Shown here piece by piece: positions 9,184 through 17,295 of a stretch of 64,000 nucleotides of DNA (positions are counted from its first letter, which is position 1; every line of letters starts with the position of its first letter). Both the position numbers and the translations under genes were made by a program. The stretch is from NCBI GenBank assembly GCA_016779585.1, contig JADHNI010000002.1:24441-88440 (forward strand), read 5' to 3'. The stretch is from Pseudomonadales bacterium. Its GTDB lineage: Bacteria > Pseudomonadota > Gammaproteobacteria > Pseudomonadales > Azotimanducaceae. Under the pieces are notes generated by a model that saw only the letters and a list, made by a program, of their open reading frames with translations, ran no database searches and was not told the DNA's origin.

Positions 9184-9995
9184 CGACCTAGCACATCATC
9201 GCAGTCTTGCCTGATTCGTGTTCGAATCAGCTCGTCTCCGCGCGTCACTCCCGGGTTGATAGAGGCTATATCCGTTCCGCGCTCCGCAGCATAACGACAG
9301 AACCTGAATCCCGAAAACACCTTGAGCGATGTGCCGACTATCAGCAATCCGTCCGCGTCGTCCAGCGCTCTGTAAACTGCTTGCACTGTTTCCCGATTGA
9401 CGTTGTCACCAAAAAATACGACATCGGGTTTCAGGTCTCCTCCGCAATGTTCGCAGTCAGGTGTCGCCATCTCCGGGGTCAGTTCACTTTCAATGTTCGC
9501 ATCACCATCAGGCGCGAGTTCTGCGTTGTCTCCGAGTTGCTCCAGGAAGGGGTTCAGCGCCAGCAGGCGATTCTGGATGGAGGATCGCTCGAACAGTCGA
9601 CGACAGGAGAGGCAGACGACCCGGTCAAGCCTGCCGTGCAGATCAATCACGCAAGTGGCGCCAGCTTTCTGGTGCAGGCGATCAACATTCTGGGTCACTG
9701 TCAGGTGGACAGGTCCGGACTGCTCCAGCTCTGCCAGTGCGTGATGGCTGGCACAGGGTATTGCACGGGACACAGCCGGCCAACCAATGTAGCTGCGCAG
9801 CCAGTAGCGTTGTCGCGAGCTCTCCTGTCGAACAAAATCCTGGTGCTGAATAGGGTCACTGCGCTGCCAGTTGCCGTTACGGTCACGGTAGGTGGGTATA
9901 CCGGCACCGGCACTGATGCCTGCGCCGGTCAGGACAACAAGGCGCGATTTTCCGTCAAGCCAGGCGTCAAGCTCAGTCTTTGTAGACTCGGCCAT
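9156..9995 (-). CDS. NAD-dependent protein deacylase (sirtuin, Sir2 family)
   Basis: GAGISAGAGIPTYRD, QNVDRLH, the Zn module CLSC...CEHCGG, and IVGTSLKV. Its 3' end overlaps the convergent gene by 28 nt. Confidence 0.9.
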   Translation of the reverse strand: MAESTKTELDAWLDGKSRLVVLTGAGISAGAGIPTYRDRNGNWQRSDPIQHQDFVRQESSRQRYWLRSYIGWPAVSRAIPCASHHALAELEQSGPVHLTVTQNVDRLHQKAGATCVIDLHGRLDRVVCLSCRRLFERSSIQNRLLALNPFLEQLGDNAELAPDGDANIESELTPEMATPDCEHCGGDLKPDVVFFGDNVNRETVQAVYRALDDADGLLIVGTSLKVFSGFRFCRYAAERGTDIASINPGVTRGDELIRTRIRQDCDDVLGRYALGKRTA

Positions 9996-11235
9996 CTTTC
10001 ATCACAAAGCTGACCTGGCCCATCAGCGAAATGTCTTCTGTTGGATTACCCTGCACAGCAATCACGTCCGCGAGCTTGCCGGTTTCGATGGAGCCCAGCT
10101 GGTCAGCACGGCCCAGCAGGGTCGCACCTGGCATCATGGCTGAGGTCAGGGCTTCAATCGCCGGCATTCCGGCTTCCACCATGTATCCGAATTCCTTCCA
10201 GTTATCACCATGGGGGGATACGCCGGAATCAGTACCAAAGACAATGAGCACTCCTTCTTCGTAGGCTCGCGCGAACGTATCCTGGATCAGTGGACCGATG
10301 GCGCGGGCTTTTGGTCTGACGGTCTCGCTGAAGAAGCCGTCGATCTCTGCCTTTTCAGCGACAAACTTTCCAGCGATGATGGTCGGTACATAGGCTGTAC
10401 CCATCTTTTTCATCAGCTTCATCGTTTCACTGTCCATGTAGGTACCGTGTTCGATGGAGTCAACGCCAGCTGCGACAGCCCGTTTCATGCCATCGGTACC
10501 ATGCGCGTGGGCGGCCACCTTGAATCCGTAGTCCTTTGCAGTCTTGATGATGGCATCCAGTTCATCGGCATGAAACTGCGAGTTCTGACCGCTGGATGCT
10601 TCACTTAACACACCGCCGGTAGCGGTAATCTTGATCAGGTCGGCTCGATCCTTGTAGCGCTGGCGAACGGCCTTCGCTGCATCTGCGGGTCCGTTAACCA
10701 CACCGTTTTTGGGTCCGGGATCTCCGATGTATGCATCATTGGCGCCGTTGGTCGGGTCCGCATGACCACCGGTTGTAGCAAGTGATTTGCCGGCTGTGAG
10801 GATCCTCGGACCTATGATGTTTCCCTCGTTTATCGCGTCACGCAGGTTGATAGAAAGATTATGTGAACTGCCCAGGTCACGCACGGTGGTGAACCCGGTC
10901 ATCAGTGTTCTCTCGGCATAGGGAACAGCTGCGAGCGCCATGTCTGCGGGGTCCTTGCGAAATCGGTCAACAAACCGGTTGGGGCTCTGCTGGTTGGTGA
11001 TGTGCACGTGTGCATCAATCAGTCCAGGCATACAGGTCGCGCCCCCAAGGTCTACAGTCGTCTCGCTGTGGCGACCGTCGTGAACGGCGACAATCCTGTT
11101 CCCTGACACCTGAATGGTCTTGTCTTCGTGAACTTCGAGATTCATGCCGTCCAGCATGCGTCCACAATAAAGGTGCTCGTCTGCGATCGCGCCCTGCGCA
11201 ATCAGGGCAAGTGTCAGGCTCAGTAGTCGTTTCAT
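9973..11235 (-). CDS. Secreted amidohydrolase-family metallohydrolase
   Basis: Signal peptide MKRLLSLTLALIAQGAIA. Metal ligands are typical of the amidohydrolase superfamily (GLIDAHVH..., AAHAHG, GTDSG). Confidence 0.85.
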   Translation of the reverse strand: MKRLLSLTLALIAQGAIADEHLYCGRMLDGMNLEVHEDKTIQVSGNRIVAVHDGRHSETTVDLGGATCMPGLIDAHVHITNQQSPNRFVDRFRKDPADMALAAVPYAERTLMTGFTTVRDLGSSHNLSINLRDAINEGNIIGPRILTAGKSLATTGGHADPTNGANDAYIGDPGPKNGVVNGPADAAKAVRQRYKDRADLIKITATGGVLSEASSGQNSQFHADELDAIIKTAKDYGFKVAAHAHGTDGMKRAVAAGVDSIEHGTYMDSETMKLMKKMGTAYVPTIIAGKFVAEKAEIDGFFSETVRPKARAIGPLIQDTFARAYEEGVLIVFGTDSGVSPHGDNWKEFGYMVEAGMPAIEALTSAMMPGATLLGRADQLGSIETGKLADVIAVQGNPTEDISLMGQVSFVMKDGRVYKD

Positions 11236-11293
11236 CCCCGGTATCCTTCAGTACAAAGGACTTCATTCAATCATATTTGGGGTGTGTGACATA

Positions 11294-11599
11294 ATGAACA
11301 CACAGGAGGTACGGGACATTACAGATCTGGTTGCAGAAGACTTGCCGGGAGAAGCTGTGACGCCTGGCCTCACGCATCTCTGGCTGCTTACAGTCATTGA
11401 CAGGACAGGTCTGTCTCACTGGTTGCTTGGTTTCGGTTTCTTCCTTGCCCAGGTCATCACCGCTTTTTTTATCCTCATTCTGGAACGCTATCCAGATCCC
11501 GCCATGTACCAGAATGGTGTCGCATTCTCTGCGATCTCCGGTTTTTTCCTCGCGTTTTATTTCGGTATGGGGCGTGGCTGGTACCGGGACATGCTGTAG
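11294..11599 (+). CDS. Hypothetical small membrane protein
   Basis: About 100 aa with two or three predicted TM helices. It ends at a TAG that is in frame with the next ORF. Confidence 0.45.
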   Translation: MNTQEVRDITDLVAEDLPGEAVTPGLTHLWLLTVIDRTGLSHWLLGFGFFLAQVITAFFILILERYPDPAMYQNGVAFSAISGFFLAFYFGMGRGWYRDML

Positions 11600-11623
11600 T
11601 TCGTTCGTTTTGACCAGAGCCTC

Positions 11624-12349
11624 GTGCCACTGACGACACTGGTGGAGCCGAGTCGAGTTGTGACGATTCTTGAGTTGATCGTTGCCGCATTCTGCGTTCT
11701 TGTGAATGTCAGCATCAATGACAGTATCGAATGGGATTATTCTGCGGTACTTACGGTGACCCTGGTGACGTTCTACGGTATCCAGTGGATCCTGATCGTA
11801 CTTTGTATCGACATCGTGCTGCGGCAGTTGATCGCTCTGATGAGAATCGTGAGGGATATCCGCATTGACCTGTTGTCAGCTGACTTTTACTCCAACCTGG
11901 CGAACGTGATGGTTCGCCACGTTGGGCTGTATATTTCGGGGATCTGTATTGTCTCCCTCAGCTACATCGTGTTTACGGAAGGTGAGCTGACAGCAGGTGA
12001 GATGATGGTGCTGATGATGCCCTGGTATCTGCCCGGATTGTTTATCATTAGTTTCTACATTATCCCCTATAACCTGTTCCGTAAACGCATGCGGTCCGCC
12101 AAGGCGAAGGAACTCAGCAGTGTCGCCGCTGCATTGAATGGCAACACCGGTGCGCTAAAGCAAACGCTGCTGGCCGGAGAAGAAATACCTTCAAAAATTG
12201 ATCTGCTGTTTTACCGGGACAGGATTGATGCGATCAAGGAGTGGCCCTTCACGGATCGCATCCGTGCACTGGTGTTGTTCGGTATTCTCCCGCCCCTCAC
12301 CTGGGTGATCGCCGCATTGATTGAGATATTCATCGAAGGTGCGCTCTGA
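11624..12349 (+). CDS. Hypothetical polytopic membrane protein
   Basis: 241 aa with several hydrophobic helices and a GTG start. No motif recognised. Confidence 0.5.
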   Translation: MPLTTLVEPSRVVTILELIVAAFCVLVNVSINDSIEWDYSAVLTVTLVTFYGIQWILIVLCIDIVLRQLIALMRIVRDIRIDLLSADFYSNLANVMVRHVGLYISGICIVSLSYIVFTEGELTAGEMMVLMMPWYLPGLFIISFYIIPYNLFRKRMRSAKAKELSSVAAALNGNTGALKQTLLAGEEIPSKIDLLFYRDRIDAIKEWPFTDRIRALVLFGILPPLTWVIAALIEIFIEGAL

Positions 12350-12405
12350 AAGACTCAGCGCTATGATCTGGGCATCTGGTCAGGCCAGCTCCGAGGGTTA
12401 AAAAG

Positions 12406-12777
12406 ATGGAATGTCCGAAGTGCTATGGGGACATGGATACAGTTCATGAGGCAGAGACGAAGGTTGATCGCTGCCAGAATTGTCGAGGTTTGTATTTTGA
12501 CCAGCTGACCCAGGCGCTGCTTGAAAGTGTGATGGGACAGGCGGAGGCTATTGATTCAGGTAGTGATGAGATGGGTTCAGCCTACGATGACATGGTCTAC
12601 GTGGAATGTCCCAAATGCGACAAAATCATGGATCAGCGCCTGATTGAAGAGCCGAACCGTATTCGGTTTGAGCTTTGCCCGACGTGTAATGCGACGTTTC
12701 TCGATGCCGGGGAACTGCGTGAATACATCTCCCCTGAGTTCCTCGACGACTTTCGTTCTTTGCTGCCGGAGCGCTAG
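12406..12777 (+). CDS. Double zinc-ribbon protein (TFIIB-type zf-ribbon repeats)
   Basis: Two CxxC...CxxC modules: CPKCYG...CQNCRGLYFD and CPKCDK...CPTCNATFLDAGEL. Confidence 0.7.
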   Translation: MECPKCYGDMDTVHEAETKVDRCQNCRGLYFDQLTQALLESVMGQAEAIDSGSDEMGSAYDDMVYVECPKCDKIMDQRLIEEPNRIRFELCPTCNATFLDAGELREYISPEFLDDFRSLLPER

Positions 12778-12780
12778 TTG

Positions 12781-13112
12781 GGAGAATCCCGAAAGTTGTG
12801 ATCATGCTCGCTGCCACGGTTGTGTGTGCGGAGAATCCCGGGACATCTATCTCATGCTCGGCACCGGGTACCGCATTGTCAGCACCGGCGTAAACCCATC
12901 CCTGGGGCCTGACACGAAACCGCTCTCTAGCGATTGGCTCGCCAATCGCAAACCCGTAGGGCAGGGATAGCCCGCGTGTCAGCGTTACATGGATGTACCG
13001 GGCGGCGTTCCGCGTGAGCGGTGGCGCGACCCATTACCCGTGGCAGCGAGCATGATCAGATGTCCCGGGATTCTCCGCCAAGCTACATCCTAGACAACCC
13101 GGTGCCGAGCAT
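12781..13112. repeat. Composite inverted/direct repeat element (MITE-like or structured-RNA locus)
   Basis: 12800-12819 is the exact reverse complement of 13038-13057. 12828-12848 is the exact reverse complement of 13058-13078. 12854-12868 is the exact reverse complement of 13098-13112. GGAGAATCCCG is directly repeated at 12781 and 12830. No credible ORF is present. Confidence 0.8.
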
Positions 13113-13129
13113 TCGCAAAGGTCTGTGAG

Positions 13130-14182
13130 TTAGAGCGCCTTCGCGATCAGGTTGCTCAGCGCATCACAGTTCTTGACGCGTTCTTCCGTGGTTGTACCCA
13201 GGAAGCCAACGTTGAGTGATGTCACGCCGTGTTCCTTCAGCGCCTGCAGTCGATCTTTCACAAAACCCTCAGGACCAACAAGCGATGTTGCTTCCAGGTA
13301 GGAATCCGGAATCGCAGCCTCGGCTTCTGACTTGCGTCCTGAGAGGTACAGGTTCTGAATAGTTTCAGCTTCTTCCTCGTATCCATACTTGCGGAATACC
13401 TGGTTGTAGAAGTTCTTTTCCTTCGCACCCATGCCACCGACGTACAGCGCAATACCCGGTCTTGCCATGTTTCGATAGCCTTCCAGGCCTTCACCGATCG
13501 CAACCGAACCGCCTGCATAGATATCGAGGGGTGGGCGACCGGGGTCGCGCTTGGCATTACCTTTCTTCAGCGCCTCTCCCCAGACTGCAGCCGCACCCTC
13601 CGCCATGTAGAAGGCGGGCAGCCACGCGTCCGCAAGTTCAGCGGTCATCTCAACACTTTTCTCGCCGAGCGTCGCCAATGCGATGGGAATCTCATCCCGG
13701 TAGGGGTGGTTGATGATCTTGAGTGGTTTGCCCAGACCGGTACCTTCACCTTCAGGTAGTGGAATCTGGTACTTCTTGCCGTTGTAGACGAGTTTCTCCT
13801 CGCGTTTCCAGACAGCGCGACAGATCTCGACAACTTCACGAATGCGGGTCATGGGCGCATCGTAGGGAACGCCATGGAAACCTTCGATGACCTGTGGTCC
13901 GGAGGCGCCGAGACCGAGCATGCATCGACCTTCTGAAAGCGCATCAATGCCGGCCGCAGTCATTGCCATCAGCGTGGGTGTGCGGCTATAGATGTTCAGG
14001 ATGCCGGACGCGATGGTGACCTTCTCGGTTTTGGCCGCGATGTAACCCATCGCTGATACACCATCAAAAGAATAGGCTTCAGGTACCCAGACTACGTCCA
14101 GGCCGGCCTTTTCCATTTCCACGATTTCTTTGGTAGCGCCGACGTAGCCGTGCGCGTAGCTCATGAGAGTCGAAATTTTCAT
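13130..14182 (-). CDS. LLM-class (luciferase-like) flavin/F420-dependent oxidoreductase
   Basis: 350 aa. Typical LLM N-terminus (AGLDVVWVPEAYSFDGVSAMGYIAAKTEKVTIASGILNIYSRTP...LGLGASGPQVIEGFHG). Confidence 0.85.
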   Translation of the reverse strand: MKISTLMSYAHGYVGATKEIVEMEKAGLDVVWVPEAYSFDGVSAMGYIAAKTEKVTIASGILNIYSRTPTLMAMTAAGIDALSEGRCMLGLGASGPQVIEGFHGVPYDAPMTRIREVVEICRAVWKREEKLVYNGKKYQIPLPEGEGTGLGKPLKIINHPYRDEIPIALATLGEKSVEMTAELADAWLPAFYMAEGAAAVWGEALKKGNAKRDPGRPPLDIYAGGSVAIGEGLEGYRNMARPGIALYVGGMGAKEKNFYNQVFRKYGYEEEAETIQNLYLSGRKSEAEAAIPDSYLEATSLVGPEGFVKDRLQALKEHGVTSLNVGFLGTTTEERVKNCDALSNLIAKAL

Positions 14183-14261
14183 GAATGTACTCTTGTTGGT
14201 TTAAGGATTGAGACAGCCCCGCAGTGTAATGTGTCCGGCAGGCGGTGTCATGCAGGTCCGT

Positions 14262-15587
14262 TCAGGACATTGTCTGCGTCCTGACGTTAGGCAGGTACCA
14301 GGCGAGAGAAAGGGCGCGGGCGATAAAGTACAGCTGCAGGGACAGCCACAGCCCGTGGTTGCCGAATGGCCCCTGCAGCAGGTACCAGCCAGCGAGAAAC
14401 GCGAGCAGCGATATGATCATGGCATTTCGCATCTCTTTCGTGCAGGTTGCTCCAATAAACACGCCATCAAGGAGGTAGCACCACAGTGATACCACGGGTG
14501 CCGCAATGGCCCAAACCAGGTATACCCGTGAGGCTTCCCGCACCTCCGGTACGTTGGTGAGCAGGTCGATCACAAAGGGGCCGCCGAAAAAAAAGGCGCC
14601 ACTCAGTAACAGCGAGTTGGCGAAACCCAGCTCACAGATGTAGCGCAAGGTCAGTGAATACTGTTCCTCGTTGCGCGCGCCGACGGCGACGCCTACCAGG
14701 CTTTCTGCGGCAAGGGCATAGCCATCCAGGAAAAATGCCGAAAAGCTTACGAATTGCATCAGGATCGCATTGCTCGCAAGCAGTACATCACCGGCTTTTG
14801 CACCCTCGTTGGTAAACCAGGCAAATGCGAAAATCAGGCAAAGTGTGCGGATCATAATGTCGCGGTTCACGTTCAGCATCCGGACGAGTGCCGGAATGTC
14901 TTTCAGTTGCTCCCACCGGACGCCGCTTGAACCATAGGCCGTACGCATATGACGCAGAACGAGGAACAAGCCAAAGGTCGCGGCCAGGATCTCGGCGATG
15001 AGTGTCGCCGCAGCGATACCGGCAACGTCCCAGCCGAGAAAAACAACGAAGACAACATCCAGGACAATGTTTGTGCCGTTGAGTAGCAGCTGCAGCCACA
15101 GGATCAGGGTGGACTTGCCTTGTCCGAGCAGGTATCCCAGCACAGCCAGGTGGAGCAGGGAGAAAGGTGCTCCCCAGATCCTGATGGTGAAATAAGTCAG
15201 AGCGGCAGATTCAACCGCGTCACTGCCTTCAATCAGCGAGAAAGCGATTATAGCCAGTGGCTTTTGCAGCAGCAGAAGCATGAAGGCAATCATTGCCGCA
15301 AGAATGGTTGCCCGATAGAAGGTTGCCTTGACCTCATCAACATCACCTGCACCGTTGGCCTGGGCTACCAGCCCGGTTGTCCCCATGCGCAGGAAGCCGA
15401 AACCCCAGAAAATAAAGCTGAAGATCATCGCGCCCACGGCAATCGCGCCGATCAGCGCGGGATCACCCAGGTTGCCAATGACGGCCGTATCCACAAGGCC
15501 GAGCAGGGGCGTGGAGAGGTTTGAGAGGATGATCGGCCAAGCGATAAAGAGCACAGCGGATCGGCTTATTTTAGTAGTAGGGTTCAC
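14262..15587 (-). CDS. MATE-family efflux transporter
   Basis: 441 aa with about 12 TM helices. The N-terminus WPIILSNLSTPLLGLVDTAVIGNLG is typical of MATE/DinF. Confidence 0.88.
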   Translation of the reverse strand: MNPTTKISRSAVLFIAWPIILSNLSTPLLGLVDTAVIGNLGDPALIGAIAVGAMIFSFIFWGFGFLRMGTTGLVAQANGAGDVDEVKATFYRATILAAMIAFMLLLLQKPLAIIAFSLIEGSDAVESAALTYFTIRIWGAPFSLLHLAVLGYLLGQGKSTLILWLQLLLNGTNIVLDVVFVVFLGWDVAGIAAATLIAEILAATFGLFLVLRHMRTAYGSSGVRWEQLKDIPALVRMLNVNRDIMIRTLCLIFAFAWFTNEGAKAGDVLLASNAILMQFVSFSAFFLDGYALAAESLVGVAVGARNEEQYSLTLRYICELGFANSLLLSGAFFFGGPFVIDLLTNVPEVREASRVYLVWAIAAPVVSLWCYLLDGVFIGATCTKEMRNAMIISLLAFLAGWYLLQGPFGNHGLWLSLQLYFIARALSLAWYLPNVRTQTMS

Positions 15588-15622
15588 TGGTATGGCACTT
15601 TGATACCGTTGCGCTTGATCTC

Positions 15623-15641
15623 ACAAAAGCATCACTTTTGT
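15623..15641. promoter_or_regulatory. Inverted repeat ACAAAAG-N5-CTTTTGT upstream of the Arc-like gene (possible operator)
   Basis: A perfect 7-bp inverted repeat about 65 nt upstream of ATG 15707, in the MATE/Arc intergenic region. Confidence 0.3.
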
Positions 15642-15706
15642 AAGCAGTTATTTACAAGCCATGCTCCTATAGTTTTATTTTTTACGCTCTATTGAAAGGA
15701 CTTCAA

Positions 15707-15913
15707 ATGGCTCAGCAAGCAGAACAAGTAAAGTTCGTACTTCGTCTTCCACCTTCCCTGCACAAGAAGATCAAGCGCAGTGCCAAAGCGAACAACACGT
15801 CCATGAACAAGGAAATCACCAATATCCTGAACGATTCCTTTACCGGCCTTCTTCATTTCGGCTATTCGGAAAGCAGGTGCAGGTCTCCCTGGGAATCGAA
15901 TATCAGCGTGTAG
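15707..15913 (+). CDS. Arc/Mnt-family ribbon-helix-helix DNA-binding protein
   Basis: KFVLRLPPSLHKKIKRSAKANNTSMNKEITNILNDSF matches the Arc-type RHH pattern. An AAAGGA RBS lies 6 nt before the ATG. The 3' end overlaps the convergent lipoprotein gene. Confidence 0.7.
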   Translation: MAQQAEQVKFVLRLPPSLHKKIKRSAKANNTSMNKEITNILNDSFTGLLHFGYSESRCRSPWESNISV

Positions 15914-17175
15914 TTTTCACCAGCAATGAGTGTTTGAGTCAGTTCACCGAGATTTTCTGACTGGTCGGGCGTGGTCACCAGGAAACGGACATTTTCTGAA
16001 AAAGTTTCGGTTGTGTTGGTGCCGCCAAAGCCAACATCGCTTAGCAGCGGTGGCACATCGTCTGTATCCTGACCGTCGCGCAGGCCATAAAGATCTACGG
16101 TCTGGTTACTGCCGTTGACAAACTTGAAGCCTGAGCGGTCTCTTGTTGGCCTTTTGGCATCGAGCACTGTGATTGAGCGGGTTTGTCCGGCGTTGCCGGA
16201 GTCATTGAACGTCATTACCGAGTGGTAGGAACCTCGCAGGAACACCACTTCGGTTTCCTCGGTGACACTACCCTCGGCTTCCGTAACGATGGGTTGGGTG
16301 CCATTCGGCGTTACCCGGTATTCGGAGATACTGTCTTGCGCGAGATTTGTGAAGCTCGTTCCACCGACAGTTAAGTTCACGTTAGCGAAGTTTGAATAGT
16401 TCCCGGCACGGGTTTCCACGCCCTGGGAAACATCCCGAATGATTGAACGTGATGTTGCCAATGTTCGGATGACGTCGACGTGGTTGTTGGCACCTGGTCC
16501 AAAGTCATCGACGATCGCAAAAAGTTCCTGTCTTCGATCGACGATTTCAATAGCGCCGCTATCGAAGACCACCTGACTGGTTCCAGCAACAGTCACGGTA
16601 AGCCTGCGCGACGTACCGGACGGGACAGAGATTAACTGGGAAAACGTGCCGGATGTAATGGTGGCCAGTGGCGCTTGAGTGGCGATCTCAGTATCGGCAT
16701 CCAGCAGGTAGATATCCAGCATGTCGAAAACCGTGCTGTTGGAAGCAAACCATACGTCGGCAGTGCCTTCCGTACGGTCTGCCTGAGCGATGGTCGGTGT
16801 ATCGACGACCTGGATATTAGGTTGTGTGGTCGTTCCCATGTACAAAAAGGTGCTCAGCGTATCTTCGGAAACCTGCTGATTTTCTGCTTCCGCGATGTTG
16901 ATTCGATCTCCTGCGGCATTGACGTAGGCAATCTCCCAGTCGTAACGGTCGACAGGCCGTATATCAACCGGTGACGCAAATGGGAACGATACATCTTCGG
17001 TGTAAATGCCGTGAAACATTCGAACCTGAGGGCTGTCCGGCATCATGTTGACGAACTGTGCGGTACCGTCAGCCGGGATGAATTGTTCATTTGAAAAACC
17101 GGGATCTGATCCGCAGCCTGTCAGGAATGTGGTGACAATTAACAGCGCGCCAACGCCAGCGATCCACCTGGGCAT
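15862..17175 (-). CDS. Lipoprotein of unknown function with about four beta-rich repeat modules (possibly DUF4397-like)
   Basis: Lipobox LTGCGS after a signal peptide. The sequence is Thr/Ser/Asn/Val-rich, with repeating modules of roughly 100 aa. Confidence 0.65.
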   Translation of the reverse strand: MPRWIAGVGALLIVTTFLTGCGSDPGFSNEQFIPADGTAQFVNMMPDSPQVRMFHGIYTEDVSFPFASPVDIRPVDRYDWEIAYVNAAGDRINIAEAENQQVSEDTLSTFLYMGTTTQPNIQVVDTPTIAQADRTEGTADVWFASNSTVFDMLDIYLLDADTEIATQAPLATITSGTFSQLISVPSGTSRRLTVTVAGTSQVVFDSGAIEIVDRRQELFAIVDDFGPGANNHVDVIRTLATSRSIIRDVSQGVETRAGNYSNFANVNLTVGGTSFTNLAQDSISEYRVTPNGTQPIVTEAEGSVTEETEVVFLRGSYHSVMTFNDSGNAGQTRSITVLDAKRPTRDRSGFKFVNGSNQTVDLYGLRDGQDTDDVPPLLSDVGFGGTNTTETFSENVRFLVTTPDQSENLGELTQTLIAGENYTLIFDSQGDLHLLSE

Positions 17176-17295
17176 GTCTTACTCTTTCGCTAAAAGGGGG
17201 TGATGCTATCGCTTAACTGTCTTTTAGTCGACCCGTCATTGAGTCTGCTGTCGGCGGCAGTTATGGTGTTGTTTTGGTGTCTGAAGAGAGGGTGT

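Noticed and set aside
9156-9995. The Sir2-domain protein as a possible anti-phage (Thoeris/DSR/SIR2-HerA-like) NADase effector.
   Set aside because: It is a compact, canonical sirtuin with the Zn-binding CxxC...CxxC module and deacylase motifs. It has no fused or adjacent defence partner (TIR, HerA, pAgo, etc.), so it fits a housekeeping CobB-type deacylase.
12644-12970. The 108-aa ORF (and 12626-12817 on the minus strand) spanning the repeat element as a coding gene.
   Set aside because: It begins inside the zinc-ribbon gene in another frame and runs through the inverted repeats. Its composition is not protein-like, and the repeats explain the sequence better.
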